Positions 22,026-34,537 are shown, counted from the first letter of the stretch. The stretch: DNA of 64,000 bases from Salisapilia sapeloensis CBS 127946 (GCA_023334545.1 JAADVB010000004.1:62001-126000), one strand, 5' to 3'. Numbers and translations are program-made. Notes: a model not told the origin generated them from the letters alone.

Positions 22026-23531
22026 ATGGCGACTTCTGTGGAGGACCAAGTCAAGCAGCAAGTGGAGTTCTACTTCTCCGCATCCAACTTTCGTCGAGAC
22101 AAGTTTATGAAGGAAGTTGCGGCAAAGCATGATGGCTACGTACCCATCAGTGTCTTGCTCACCTTCAAGAAGCTCCAAGCGCTTACGGAGGATGCTACGG
22201 TTATCCAGTCCGCTTTGAGCGCATCGGACGTTGTCGAACTTAGTGAAGACCTCAAATCTCTGCGTAGGAAGCACCCGTTGCCTTCTGAGGAAGAATTCGA
22301 TGCTCGAACGATCGTTCTAGCTGGTCTAGGCAAAACCCTTCCAGCCATTGAGGACGTCCAGGCGGCTCTGCAGGCCGCTGCTGAAGGAGATGAGAAGATC
22401 AAGACCAACCTGGTCCAACGTGAAAAGCACCGTAACGAGTTCAGCGGCGTCTGTGTGATTGAACTGGCGGACGTCGAGTCGGCTAAGAAGGTATTGGCCA
22501 ACACGGACAAGATCAAGCTGAACGGACGGACGCCAGTGGGTATCAGCAAGCCTGAATTCAATCAGCTCTCTCAGGAGAAGCAGGTCGACTTTAAGAAGGC
22601 TGTGCGTGCCATGCTCGTCGCAAAAGACCTGCCGGAAGTGGACCATGAAGACCTGCACAGCAAGGTCAAGGCTCTTTGGGCGGACAACGAAGTGCTCAAG
22701 CCTCGCTACCGTATCTTCCCGGAGCAGAAGGCGCTCTACCTCCATTTCACCGACCCAGCTCTCGCCAAAACCTTCAACGAGAAGCTGCAGGAGACGCCTG
22801 TGAAGGTGAACGACCAGGACGTGTCATTTACCTTGGTCGAGGACCCAGAGGAGATCGCTAAGCGACCGCACCGTGTCCACAAGGAGAACAACAAGCGCAA
22901 GAACAGATCGGAGGGTCCTCAGTACGCGCTGCACATGTCCAACTTAGGTCCGAAGGCGTACATTGAGGATCTTAAGAAGCTGCTGATGCAAGGTGGTGTG
23001 CCGGAGACGTCTCTTCCATTCATCGACTACGATGGTCTGGACACGGCCAACAGTGTCTTCAGGGACGCCGAAGCGGTGTTCAAGAAGCTGCAGGAGCTGG
23101 AAGAGCCCAAGATCAACGATCGCGTGGTCCAGTTCCACCTCCTGCCCAAGGGCCGGGAGCTCAAGCTTCCAATCAACTTTGACAAGGGCCTAATCGTCCA
23201 CTTCTCCGGTGTCAATGGAGAAATTTCTCGTGACGACATCAAGGACGCGATCAACGAGAAACTAGAAGGCGGCGAAGGCGTCGAGTACATTCAGTACCAA
23301 ATCGGAGACGAGAGTGGGTACCTCCGCACGAGCTCTGCGGACGTCGCGAACAACGTCGTCAAGATCATTGGAGAGGGTGTCCAAGTCGGTGACAAGACGC
23401 TGTCCACTGCTCGCGTCGTGGATGGTGAAGAGGAGAAGCAGTTCTGGGAAGCCGCCCAGGCTGCTCGTAAGAAGCGTAGGAAGGTTAGTCGCGACAACAA
23501 GATGAAGTCCAAGCGCGGACGCTTCCGATAA
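22026..23531 (+). CDS. La (SSB)/LARP7-type RNA-binding protein: La motif plus RRMs
   Basis: La motif VKQQVEFYFSASNFRRDKFM...GYVPISVLLTFKKLQAL...VVELSED..SLRR; RRM1 ARTIVLAGL; C-terminal xRRM GLIVHFSG...SRDDIK..VEYIQYQIGDESGYLR...EEEKQFWE; basic NLS tail. Confidence 0.9.
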   Translation: MATSVEDQVKQQVEFYFSASNFRRDKFMKEVAAKHDGYVPISVLLTFKKLQALTEDATVIQSALSASDVVELSEDLKSLRRKHPLPSEEEFDARTIVLAGLGKTLPAIEDVQAALQAAAEGDEKIKTNLVQREKHRNEFSGVCVIELADVESAKKVLANTDKIKLNGRTPVGISKPEFNQLSQEKQVDFKKAVRAMLVAKDLPEVDHEDLHSKVKALWADNEVLKPRYRIFPEQKALYLHFTDPALAKTFNEKLQETPVKVNDQDVSFTLVEDPEEIAKRPHRVHKENNKRKNRSEGPQYALHMSNLGPKAYIEDLKKLLMQGGVPETSLPFIDYDGLDTANSVFRDAEAVFKKLQELEEPKINDRVVQFHLLPKGRELKLPINFDKGLIVHFSGVNGEISRDDIKDAINEKLEGGEGVEYIQYQIGDESGYLRTSSADVANNVVKIIGEGVQVGDKTLSTARVVDGEEEKQFWEAAQAARKKRRKVSRDNKMKSKRGRFR

Positions 23532-23582
23532 GCTACTAGTTGCGGTAGAAATAACACGAAAACATCTTTACGTTGAAATTCT

Positions 23583-26170
23583 TTATGTCGATTGCAATCC
23601 CTCGACAACGCGTTCGCAATATTGAACAAAGGCCGCGTCGATCTCTTGCGACTGACTCGTCTCCCGCTCTTGGAACGAATATCGCTTCACCGTCGCATCG
23701 ACGCTTCCTCGAGCACTGTCCATTTCTAATTCGAGGCTGAAGAGACATTTGAGCTCGAGCATCTCGCCGTAGAAGAAGAACTTGAGAACGCTTTCTACAG
23801 CACCACTTGCGACGCAGTTGAGTGCACTCGCCTGGAAGTGCTCGACGATCTCCTCTTGTGCAGGTGTAGACTCCATTTCGTATGCAATCGTACCACTAGT
23901 ATACAAGATGAGTAGAATGAAGACATGTTAGAAAATGAATAGAATACATGGCAGTGGAGCTGATCCAGAGCTGCTCGAACTGGGCTGCCTCGATGCTAGG
24001 CTCAGGTGTGAGGTAGTCTAGCACCGGCATCTCGTCCGGTTCCTCGACGTATCCGCTCTCGCTATACGCTCCCGTGGCGCTCTCTACAGTCTCCGCCTCG
24101 CTGTGTGACGGACCGTCGTTCCGCATCTCCTGCTCAGCTTCTGTCGACTGATGATAATAGTCAGCGTCTACTTGGTCGTACGTTTCCGGTGCGGTGGATA
24201 AGTGGTGCAGGACCGTGTCTTGGAAGAGCTTGATAAACCTCTCGTGGCCATTCTCATACAGCAATGAATGTACGATCCACTTGAACGTGGCAGACACTTC
24301 CATGACGCCTGGAAAGACCATCACCTCTGCCAAGTACATGGTGTCTGTACCTGCCTGTTGCGCGTAGAATAGACTTCGATGATGACCACCGACGCGTTCA
24401 CTAACAGCACACGCGATCTTGGCTTGTTCCAACGCATACGCCAGTTCATTCATGTCCACTGTATGCTCTGTCGAGGTCGTCCAGTCCTCTGTATCTGCTG
24501 TGCTTTCCCACAAGCCTTCCACCTCACTTCGTTCCATAATAGGCGCAGTAGCTAAAAATTCTGTCACTGGAGCCTGGTTCAACGGTTCCGGATCACTCAT
24601 GAAACCAAATGCAGAGCCATTGGTCTTTTCATTCGTATCATCCTTCGTGTCACTATTCTGTTTCATAAAGCCAAATGAAGAGCCAGTCGGAGTTGCTTGG
24701 GAACCAGGAGGTATGTAGCCTCCATCCGTATGCCCATTCGGTTGTGCCGCTGGAGGCTGGTACGTTTCGCTAGACGGCTCAGACACACCGTAGTCTTTGC
24801 TAAGGTTGTGTCGAAGCCCTCCTTTGTGATTCGTGGTAGGTGGAACGTAGTTGCTTTCGTCACCAGCTTGTGTGTCCGCACTCGGCAGGTAGTTTTCCTG
24901 CGGTGACTCGACATGATCCGGATCCACTCGAACGGCAGCCATCACTTGTAGGATCTAGGCAAGCGATAAGTGATAGACAAAAGAAGAAGTATACTACGTA
25001 ATCTACTTTTCGAGCGTTGGCGCGGTAGATAGAATCTGTGCGCTGCTGAGATATGTGCGTAAGAACGGACATGTTCGGCTCGAGCTCGTCCACGAGCATA
25101 TTGTGTTTCAGAAGGTTCAGCACTGCCTCCACTGCATTCTTATGGACCTACAAGGAAGCTTTATGTAAGTTGGATCGGTAATGTATTTTGTAATAAAAGG
25201 TCCTGTACACTTTGGGCGTAAAGTTCGTATCGTGCTTCGACCTTTTCGATTAAAAAGTCTGCTGCTTGCTATCACCAGACCAACGTCAGGCCAAAGTCGT
25301 TACAATATACAGAAACTAGCGTACTTGTCGTCCTTCCATCTCCAATGCCGTCACGTTGGAAATGAACTTTTCCATTCGCTCTTCCTTCATCCTTTTGTAG
25401 CAAATGTCATTTACGATCTTGGCGACAGCAGACGATGGCTTGGCTTTCGCAACCTTTTTTGGTAGGACAGAGCCGAAAGTGACTTTTGGAGCTTTTAGCT
25501 TTACCCACGGCTTCTTCACTGCCTTGCTAGTACTATCTGGGCTAGCACCATGCAACACGTAGACGCGAATACTATGTCCGAAACGGACGACGTCTCCCTC
25601 TATCATTCGTACTTGTGTTATGTAAATTCGTGCATTAATCGACAACAAAACTTATTACCATGTAATAAATGCGGATCGTGTGGAGGCACTTTGGTGCGAG
25701 CTACGTACGTCCCATGCCGTGACATCAGATCCACAATCTATCATCGGTCCATCATGAGCAAAAATGGAATATATTGCAAAGGCAATACGCATACATATAT
25801 GCCGCCAGCGCTATCGTGGATGATAGCTGCGTGCTTTCGAGAGACGGTTGGATTGCCTAGTACGTGGTCACATGAAGTCGGGTCTCGTCCGAAAATCGTC
25901 ACTTTCTGGGTCGATATGACGTGCGTGGCACACTGCTTGTCCTTCTTGTACGCCTCCAGCCTAGCTTCTTGGCTCAACTCCGTCGGATGGCAAGCCCTGC
26001 ATGACAAGACACCACAAATAGTTAGCTCTACGTTCTATCGAATGCTTGCAACCGACTATCGGATGTTTTGCATTGGATCGGTATCTTCCTTACCACTCTG
26101 GCGGATGGAAATCGGCCGTGTTGCTCATGAGAAACTCAGCCGGGGCTGACATCTCGTGCTCGTCCGCCAT
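23583..26170 (-). CDS. FHA-domain protein with helical middle domain and two C-terminal beta-adaptin-appendage-like domains; multi-exon
   Basis: Start MADEHEM...FHPPEW; FHA motifs IFGRDPTSCDHVLGNPTVSRKHAAI, VDLMSRHGTYV, EGDVVRFGHS. In-phase GT-AG joins continue through 25648, 25270, 25150 and 24950 into ORFs 23896-24945 and 23583-23906 (FEQLW; CVASGAVESVLKFFFYG). Confidence 0.7.
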
Positions 26171-26446
26171 GCTGGCTGAAAACGCAGTTACACGTCAATG
26201 CGATGCAGGGAGCGAAGGTCCCAGCTGATGAGCTGCCCAAAGTTCGTACTTGTCCGTTTGTCTGAAAACGGCGGACGATTTCCATATTTATTATAATAAT
26301 ACTGTACTACCACATATGACATTTAAAATGTAATATAACAGTTAGAGGTCAACAGACCCAGTATCGACCTACTTGAAGCAAAGACGGAAGAGGTATGTAA
26401 AATAAGAGGTTTTCATCCGTTGCTCCATTTGCTTACCAGAGCGAAA

Positions 26447-28586
26447 CTAGGCTGCTTCCATGGCAGCACCTGTCTGTAGTTTGCCTACATACGGTCCTAG
26501 TTGTAAGTGTGCCTTCAGTTGTCCTCGCAATCCCTCGTCTAGCACGACTGTCAGCAACAAAGTAAGGAATAACCAAAAGTACATATAGATACCGAGCACA
26601 GTATCTGCTAGTGGGTTTCCAATCACAGCATCCACGACTGCAAACTTCCACTCTCTCGTTTCCTTAGTAGGCTCAGTCGTCCTGTCCATCAAGAACTCAA
26701 ACATTCCTCCATGTCCCATGAGCCTTGCCAGTCCAAACTTGTGGTGCTGGGCAGCAACAGCTTGCAGCACATTGAAGACTGCCGACCGGACTTCTGGGAA
26801 CGGAGAAGAGAGCGCTTTCATGAGAAAAGTGATAGTCGGTACGTCTCCTCCAAGTGCATCGAATAGACTCTCATTCGTCGTCCAGACCTTGGCATCCGGC
26901 CGAGGAATGTCTTTCGTCTGCTGCACGAGCACCGTCGGATGACGAAGGATGCGTGCGATAGAGTGAAGGCAGTTGGTCTTAAGCTCCTGACTAGAGCTCT
27001 TCCGGAAAGACAGCCACTGCTCTCGAATGGGCTGTATGCTCATCATCTTCTCCAGCTCTACTTGAAGATTGACTAGATGTAACCGAGGTATGAACAGAGG
27101 GCAACGTACCGTCCGGCGAGGAGCAGCAGTAGCCGGCGATGGCGTCCATGGCAGCAATCTGCTGTCGCTCCTGTCCACTTGTGAGTTTAGCCAGGACCGT
27201 GTCGAGAAAGAGTTTCGACAGTGTCGGGTCTTGCCAACTGCGAGACTCGACGCCGATCTTGGCGGCCAACGCAGACATCTCGCCAATCTGTCGGACGACC
27301 GTTCCACCAACGAATGTGTCTATTAGCAATATTGTTAGCTACCTTTTTGTACCATCTAGAGACAGCTAGAATACCGTTGACGAGACCCAAGAGCGTTCCG
27401 ATAGTGCCTACCAAGTCGATCTATTAGAGAATGAGAATAAACGTAGAAGGAGAGGTCGTACCAGACTTAAAGACGTGTTGGACGCCAGGTTTCGTCTGGC
27501 AAAGTTTCGGTAGCACATCCACGACGTTCAGTAGGAATAGAGAGTCCTTGGAGTTGAGGCAGTTCAAAAGCTAGACAAACATAATTTAGCTATGAATGTG
27601 ATGAAGAGAAGTATGGCGTACAATATCCGCAGCTCCTGTCTGAACGACGTACTCGGCGTGGATATTCCCCAATTCACAGATGTTGGCAATGCATTCCAAA
27701 TAACGCATGTACTCGATCGAGTTTGTGCTAGCATCGCTGTACAGTTTATCTATGCGTTAAGTATATGATGCATCCTATCGTCCAAAATCAATAGAAACCT
27801 TTCTTGTAGCTTGGCATGGATGGCTTCCAGAACCGATGGGCATAGATTCGTCGGAGATAGTGACGAAAACTATACAGATGTATAGTCATTGATCTTAGAT
27901 AGTGATGAGTAGCAAGTAGAGGTGTTGAAATACCTTTACGAGAATCGACGATGCCTTGGAAGCCACCTCTGTATCTTCATCAGAAACGGTAGCAACAAGA
28001 GAGGATACCAAGTCGTCATTGGCCTGTATTAATACAGATTCAGTGAATGCTTGATAAACTTTTCATGGACTCGTGCAACGTACCACGGCTTGGACTTGTT
28101 CCGGAGTCGGCTGGCGCTGTATGTGGGATTGCAGCTGACCCACTGTAAGCAGTCTAGCCTGCTTTTCTTCATGGCCTAGCCCAGCTAGAAAGTATGGAAT
28201 CATCTAGCAGCACGTAGTGAATACATGTTTATCGTTTAGGATAGAAACTAGAAGAGATTTGGGAGTGTGGGTACCTGCTCATGGAAGAATACGGCACCAC
28301 TTTCCTCTGCTCCCAGAACTCGGTCGATGCACTTGCACACCTGCTTGACCTATATCCCAGCATTATAAAGTTGAATTTGTTTCTTGGCAGACAAAAAGCA
28401 TACCAATTGATCATCCTGAACTGTACTCGCCTGCTGCAAGCACTCAAAGAGCGTCTGTAATGGCACTTTTTGAACAAACTCATGCACCAACCTCTGTTCT
28501 TCACTTGAGGCGTGTATGGCACCAAGCGTGGTTATATGGTTCTCCTGAAATGCCGCGATTTCTTCCCAAGCGCTACTCGAATCCAT
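26447..28586 (-). CDS. PSMD5: 26S proteasome assembly chaperone S5b (ARM/HEAT); about 10 exons
   Basis: ARM-like helical exons with clear GT-AG introns. C-terminus LMKALSSPFPEVRSAVF..LQAVA, GMFEFLMDRTTEPTKETREWKFAVV and LGPY tail resemble the PSMD5/Hsm3 family. Confidence 0.72.
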
Positions 28587-28643
28587 TTTCTCTTCTACTT
28601 TGTCTCGTACTTGTTCATAAAATGCGAAGAGCCTGGAAATTAA

Positions 28644-29306
28644 ATGCGCATTTTGGATAACATTCATTCTCGATTTGATGCCCTTCAACCTATCTTGGTA
28701 AGCTTCTCTCCACATAAAGCCGCCTCTTCTTATACCGCCACCAGGAGGACATGAGTATGAATACTTACACGTTTAATGACGCAAAGCATTAGCACAGCTT
28801 TTCTTGACTTTTGCCATTTATCCCTACCTTTCGATAAATTTTTTACTATTGGTAAGGCGAATCCAACCATGTATAGCTAATCCACAACCCCATGTAATCC
28901 AAAGAAATTCTTGTAGATGGCAAACGTATTCGTAAAGGTGTCATTGCCGGAAACTATCCTGGAAACTTGGATATACACGACTACTGCCTTCACTATCAAG
29001 TCTGTACTTACCTTCTAGGACTCAAATTCAATCTTGTTAACAAAAGCGACATCGCTCTACTACAACACAGGGCAAAGAGCACCAAGTGCTTTGTTATGTC
29101 CCGGTGAGAATGCCTACGCAATCTGGTATCTTCGTGTCAGCATTTTTGAAGTTCGAGCGCATTTCTATTGGCAGACGGTCCGATCATGTAATCTTGTCCC
29201 ATCAAACCAGTATCCCGACCAATACATATTACAGTCAAAAGGCTGCATTTATTCCCTGCTTGACGACTTCAAGTCTGTCAACGATCATTCCTTAATCGGC
29301 ACTTGA
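28644..29306 (+). CDS. Cryptic 6-exon, 121-aa protein of unknown function (hand-built model)
   Basis: Exons 28644-28697, 28745-28754, 28798-28851, 28917-28999, 29071-29103 and 29175-29306. All introns are GT-AG and the joined frame is stop-free (366 nt). Confidence 0.5.
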
Positions 29307-29331
29307 ACGACCAGAACTCTCCGCTACCAGC

Positions 29332-30372
29332 ATGACCTCTAAATCGACGTGGGAGACATCCGAGAAGGGCAAGTTCGTTCGCGACACCAGCAAGTTCCGC
29401 GATTGGATCCTCCCGAATGCCGATGCCAAGTTTCCAGCGGCTAAGAACCGTTACCATCTCTACATCTCGCTTGCATGCCCTTGGGCATGCCGCTGCCTCG
29501 CTGCCATCTACATGAAGGGGCTGGAGAACATCATCGGCCTGTCGATTGTGCACCCGGTGTTCCAAAAGACGCGTCCAAACGATCCGAACGACAACAGGAT
29601 CAGCTGGGCGTTCGTGGATCCCAAGAAGACACCGTCGCTGTCGGGTCCGTCGGGCGTGAACAACTACCCTTCGGACGGAGCAATTCCGGACACGGTAAAC
29701 AATGCGTCGTACCTGCGTGACATCTACGAGATGACACCAGGAGAGCATACGCGGTACACGGTGCCGACGCTGTGGGACAAGGAGACCAAGACGATCGTTT
29801 CGAACGAATCGGCGGACATTCTGCGCATGCTCAATTCATCCTTCGAGGATATTGTGCCCTCCAAGCTGGACTTGTACCCGGAGGAGCTCCGAGATGAGAT
29901 AAACGCGTTGAACGAATGGGTATACAACGACATCAACAACGGTGTCTACAAGTCCGGATTTGCGTCCTCCCAAGAAGCGTATGATGAAGCTGTGGATGGT
30001 GTCTTCCGTGGTTTGGACCGTTGCGAGGAGATTTTGAGCCAGCACCGGTTCCTCGTCGGCGACCAATTCACGGAAGCAGACATCCGTCTCTTTGTGACGC
30101 TCGTGCGCTTCGACCAGGTCTACGTCGTGCACTTCAAGTGCAACCGGAAGATGATTAAGGACTATCCGAACTTAAGCAATTACCTGCGAGAGCTGTACCA
30201 ATTCGAGCCTGTCAAGCGATCGGTCAATATGGATCACATCAAGCGCCACTACTACGGTTCCCACACGCATTTGAACCCATTCGGCATCGTGCCCGTCGGT
30301 CCGAGCGACGACCTGGACGCTCCCCACGACCGGGACCGTTTCACGAACGCCACCATGCCAGTCTTTAACTAA
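29332..30372 (+). CDS. Glutathionyl-hydroquinone reductase (Xi-class GST, YqjG/Ecm4 family)
   Basis: RYHLYISLACPWACR, RYTVPTLWDK...IVSNESADILRM, INNGVYKSGFA, TEADIRLFVTLVRFDQVYVVHFKCN, IKRHYYGSH..LNPFGIVPVGP. Confidence 0.95.
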   Translation: MTSKSTWETSEKGKFVRDTSKFRDWILPNADAKFPAAKNRYHLYISLACPWACRCLAAIYMKGLENIIGLSIVHPVFQKTRPNDPNDNRISWAFVDPKKTPSLSGPSGVNNYPSDGAIPDTVNNASYLRDIYEMTPGEHTRYTVPTLWDKETKTIVSNESADILRMLNSSFEDIVPSKLDLYPEELRDEINALNEWVYNDINNGVYKSGFASSQEAYDEAVDGVFRGLDRCEEILSQHRFLVGDQFTEADIRLFVTLVRFDQVYVVHFKCNRKMIKDYPNLSNYLRELYQFEPVKRSVNMDHIKRHYYGSHTHLNPFGIVPVGPSDDLDAPHDRDRFTNATMPVFN

Positions 30373-30438
30373 TGAAAACAAAGCGTTTGTGTCTTTGCCA
30401 ACTACATTTCTTATATCTACTACGAACGGAACGACTGG

Positions 30439-33400
30439 TCACTTGTCGTTCGAGTAAATCGCCACAATCGAATCCGTCGCGCCTGCCGCTAGGAACAGTC
30501 GGTTCGGATGAAAGGCGAGGCATGACACAGGGCCAATGCGCTCCCCCAGGAATCCCTCATGATACCGTATCAACGCCAACTGCTCTCCATCACTCCGGAA
30601 AACCTTGATGAACTGGTTGTGCGATCCACTATATGCATCATTAATATAAGCAGCTAGCAAGAACGATACAAAGTAGAATATACCTCGCGAAAATAGGCGA
30701 GTGCTGATGCACCGCCAGTGCTGTCATGCGCATTTCCTCTCGATGGACATTCATCGTCTTGACACTTGTGCTCGTGTTTCTCAAGTCCCAAAGCTTCACT
30801 TCTCCGAGCAGCGTTCCTGTCAGTAGCTCATTCGAACCAGCATACATGTGCGTCTGAACCACCCATGACGGTGTATGTTCCTTGAGCATACACCGTAGAG
30901 ACCGATCCGGTTGCTCTCTCGGGTCAAAGAGGCTTACGACTCCGTCTTCAAAGCCAGAGACGACGGTTTCCGGACAGCTCGCCATGCTCGTCACGCAAGT
31001 TCCACTAAACGTTTGAGCTTGGAAAGAGCATCGTTCCTGCCGCAGATCCCATCCTCGAAGCATGTTGCTGTTGCCTCCTGCGAACAGCATGGCTGAGTCC
31101 TGCTGCCATGTCGTCACGAGACCCGAGCCACGTGCAGTCGACACTAGATCCGGGACAGCATTAAACGCCGTGATGAGCTTCTGGCTACCTGGAGCTGGAG
31201 TTGCTTCATGGAGACCTTGGTAAACACGGACCATGCCATCCACAGATCCGCACATGAGCAGAGCCTTTTCGTCTGCATTAATCCAGTCGAGAGCAGTCAG
31301 TCGACTGGGACTGGAAGCAGGTGTGTTTTCAAACGAAAGAAGCTTTTGCTCACTCTGTTCGAAGTTGTACAAGGACACTTGATGCAGTTGATCTGCGACT
31401 AACAAGGTCGTTTCGTACGGATGGAAGAGGAGGAGAGAAGTCATCTCCGCCTCGTTGTTCAGCACTGCGCGTTGACGGAGGTTGAGGGTGAACCTTCGTA
31501 TCTCATCTCGATCGCCGTGGACACCTCCTCGCATGGTAAAGTCATGGGCAGAGTAATTGGATGGAGATGGCATTGATAGAGGCGCCGTGTCTACATCAGA
31601 TAAAGGAGAGAGCTTCTCGCCGGCTTTTCGGATCTCGGCATAGCGTCGGAGTCGTTCCGAACGTGCAGCAGTAGCAGGGTTCAGTGGGTCCGAGTTATCC
31701 ATGGCAGGCACGAGCATCGGTTCATTGAATTTGGCTTTTTGTCGAGCATAAAAAGCGGATTGTAGAGAAGCAGGAAAGGATTTGGAGGGACCGTAAGCTT
31801 CCGTTCGATACGCTTTTGTTTCCGTCTCTTGATTCGACCCATTCGCATCTGTTTGTTGGTCCTCATAAGCACGAAAGTTCCCGACAGAGTGTATTGGTCG
31901 CATCGATCCTTCGCTCGACTCTGTCTGTCGTCCGTCAGAATGCTGTCGATTGTACGTCGAACTGGCGTGTGGCTGGCTCTGAGTATTCGCAAAGCCCGGG
32001 AGGTCCGGTACAGACACTTCTCTTTGCATCGAGTTGGTAGAGGTAGAAGCATTGTCCTGTCGGCCTTTAAGCAACTGCTTATTCACTTGTCCGACAATCG
32101 TTTTAACAGCATTCACTGTCTTTGGGAACGGATCCTGCACCTGCATCTGCTTCAATCGTCTCCAAACTGCGACGTAGTTCGACGCATCCTGTCCAACTGT
32201 ATCTACTAGCTCATCACCGAGATCCACATCAAGTTCCGCGACAAGAAACGATCGACTGCGAGAGGGTACGTTTTCCCGAGGCGAATTACCAATCTGTGTG
32301 CTAGACAGTCGAGGTTCTGCTTCGTGTTTATTCAGCGAACGGTTCTGGAAGTGTCGAGCGACCTCTTCGAACTTTGGCTGGTGGTACGAATGCAGTACAA
32401 CACGAGATATCGCTAGTACAGCCTCTCGTCGGACTACAGGAGACGCGTCTTCCGTCGCGACAAGGAGTTCTACAGCGACACTCAGGTCTTGATGCGCTCT
32501 CATCTCGAGGTACTCGCCGACCTGCTTTTCACCAACGACACGTCCGACCATCGACTGATCAAACTGGAAACCCAGGAGAGAACCAAGCGCCACGCACGCA
32601 GCTGCTCGAACTTCTGGACGTTCGTCCTTCAAACGATCGATGAGGGCTGCAGGAGCACCGTCTTCAATCGCAACGCGTTTACCATCTTCGTATCCGTCAC
32701 ACAAGGACGATAGACATAGGGCTACCCAGACACGAACGCCACCGTCCGGATCTGACAGCATATTACTACAAATCTTGTGCAGGTACTGGGACAAACACCC
32801 CTTCTGTCCTTGTCGACAGTCGTGACAGATAACGGACAGCACGAACGCTGCCATCGTCTTCTGATCCGACGACACTGGCGCCTGCCCTGGACCTGCCTGC
32901 AACCCTGCTGCCAGTTGAGCGATAAAGTAGGACTGCCCGTTGTCCTTGACGAGATCCGTCTGGCAAGACGAGTCGAGCGCCAGGATCTTGGCCCAGATGA
33001 ACACTAGAACCTGTCGGAGCTCTGTGGCGTTCGACTGGAGTAGCTTGACGACGTAGGGGAAGATGCCGACGGACAAGGTCAAGTTCACTGCCCATGGTCC
33101 CAGATCCAAGAAATGCTGGAGCAGAACGAGTGCTCGAAGGCGGTGGACTTGACTCAGGAGCACTTGTAACACCATAGGCAACTGCTGTGGCGGTGGCTTT
33201 GCACTCGATCCGAACTGGAGCCAGACGGAGAATGCAGTTAGTTGCTCCGCGAAGAAGAGACTAGGACTGAAAGGGGTTTGCTGCGGACGTGGGTTCGCCA
33301 TTCGATGCAGTTGAGTCAAGCACGTCTCGGCCGCAAGATCCCACGACTGCCACAGCTTGTGGTGGTGGGTAGGCGGCAGAGCTGGCAAAGAGCAAGGCGT

Positions 33401-34537
33401 GCACCCTTCGGACTTCATGATCCGCTCGGCCAGTAAAAAGTTACGGAACAAGGATGCGATGAGAAGATCGTGACGGAAGAGTTTCTGGAAATGTGATTTG
33501 GGCAGCACATTCCACGCGATGGTGTCGGTGACGGCCGTGAAGATCCAGTTCAGCTCTCCAAGCGGTGTCTTACGGTCCGTGAGTTTGCCAGGGATGCGAT
33601 CGATGAGACCAGGATCCAAGTGACCCATGGAGAGTTCATTCTGAGAGATGAACCAACGCAAGGCGATGGTAATAGGCGTCGTCAAGCATGACGTAAAGAC
33701 GTCAGCACATAGATCTGGGTTAGTCGGCAGCACTTCCTCCGGTCCACACGCACATAGGACGATGGATTCATTTGCACTGGACATGGAAGAAGCACCAGCG
33801 TCGCTATTGGATGTCGAGCGCATGGATGAAGTAGAGTCTGTGGACGCTGGCGCAGAGGACGAAAAGTGTTTTAGCAAAAGCCCTGCGGAGGAGCAATCGA
33901 AGACATAGATCGAAGGTGTTCCAATCCACGCCTGCAAGTCGTATACAAGGAGAGGAATGTACTGCGTGTAGCTCCTATTGAACACCCACACTTCACCGTT
34001 GGGCGTCGGACGTGGTACGCCATGTCCATTGTAATGGAATAGGACGCGATCGTTCTTGGCGTGCTTGCGTAACGAAGCACAGAGCTGACGGGTGTCTTCG
34101 ACCGTAGGATCGAGACACTGCTTGTACCTTGCACGAGGCTGCCATCGCTCGTACTGAGACTGAAGCGTCTTGCCAATGGTGTCCAGAGCTCGATTCGCAG
34201 GCATGGAAAACGGGTCCACCCAGCATTCTTTCCGAGCACACGGATCCGGTCGAACCACATCCGGCGGATCTGTCCCAATGTTCAAGCACAGCACAAGTGC
34301 GACATCCATCGTCTTCATTCGTTCTCGCATCCGCCACGACGATACGAGTGGCACCTCCGGCATGCTTTCGTCGGCCATTTCTTCTTCATCTGCAAAGCGC
34401 ATTCCGTTGCTCGCATCACCGTCGTTCCTCTTGGACCCGTCAAAGCAACAGGAGACCTTTCCGTCACTCCAGGTCGTCGCAGCGCCATCGACACCGAGGT
34501 AGGCCATCTCCGTGCTCTGTCCTCGCGATGATGACAC
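30439..34537 (-). CDS. RPTOR: Regulatory-associated protein of TOR (RAPTOR/KOG1); 2 exons
   Basis: RNC domain WRMRERMKTMDVALVLCLNIGTDPPDV...CARKECW, LFHYNGHGVP; HEAT region LQVLLSQVHRLRAL..LGPWAVNLTLSVGIFPYVVKLLQS; WD40 C-terminus ending GPVSCLAFHPNRLFLAAG. Intron near 30681-30628. Confidence 0.97.

Noticed and set aside
28800-28990. Rho/Ras-like fragment (FIPT..FDK..ILVDGKRI) suggesting a small-GTPase pseudogene
   Set aside because: It needs a frameshift, and no GxxxxGK[ST] or DxxG box was found. The spliced six-exon model explains the region without lesions.
29332-30372. Horizontal transfer of an intronless bacterial-like YqjG gene
   Set aside because: Xi-class GSTs are widespread in eukaryotes (yeast Ecm4), codon usage matches neighbouring highly expressed genes, and many native genes here are intronless.
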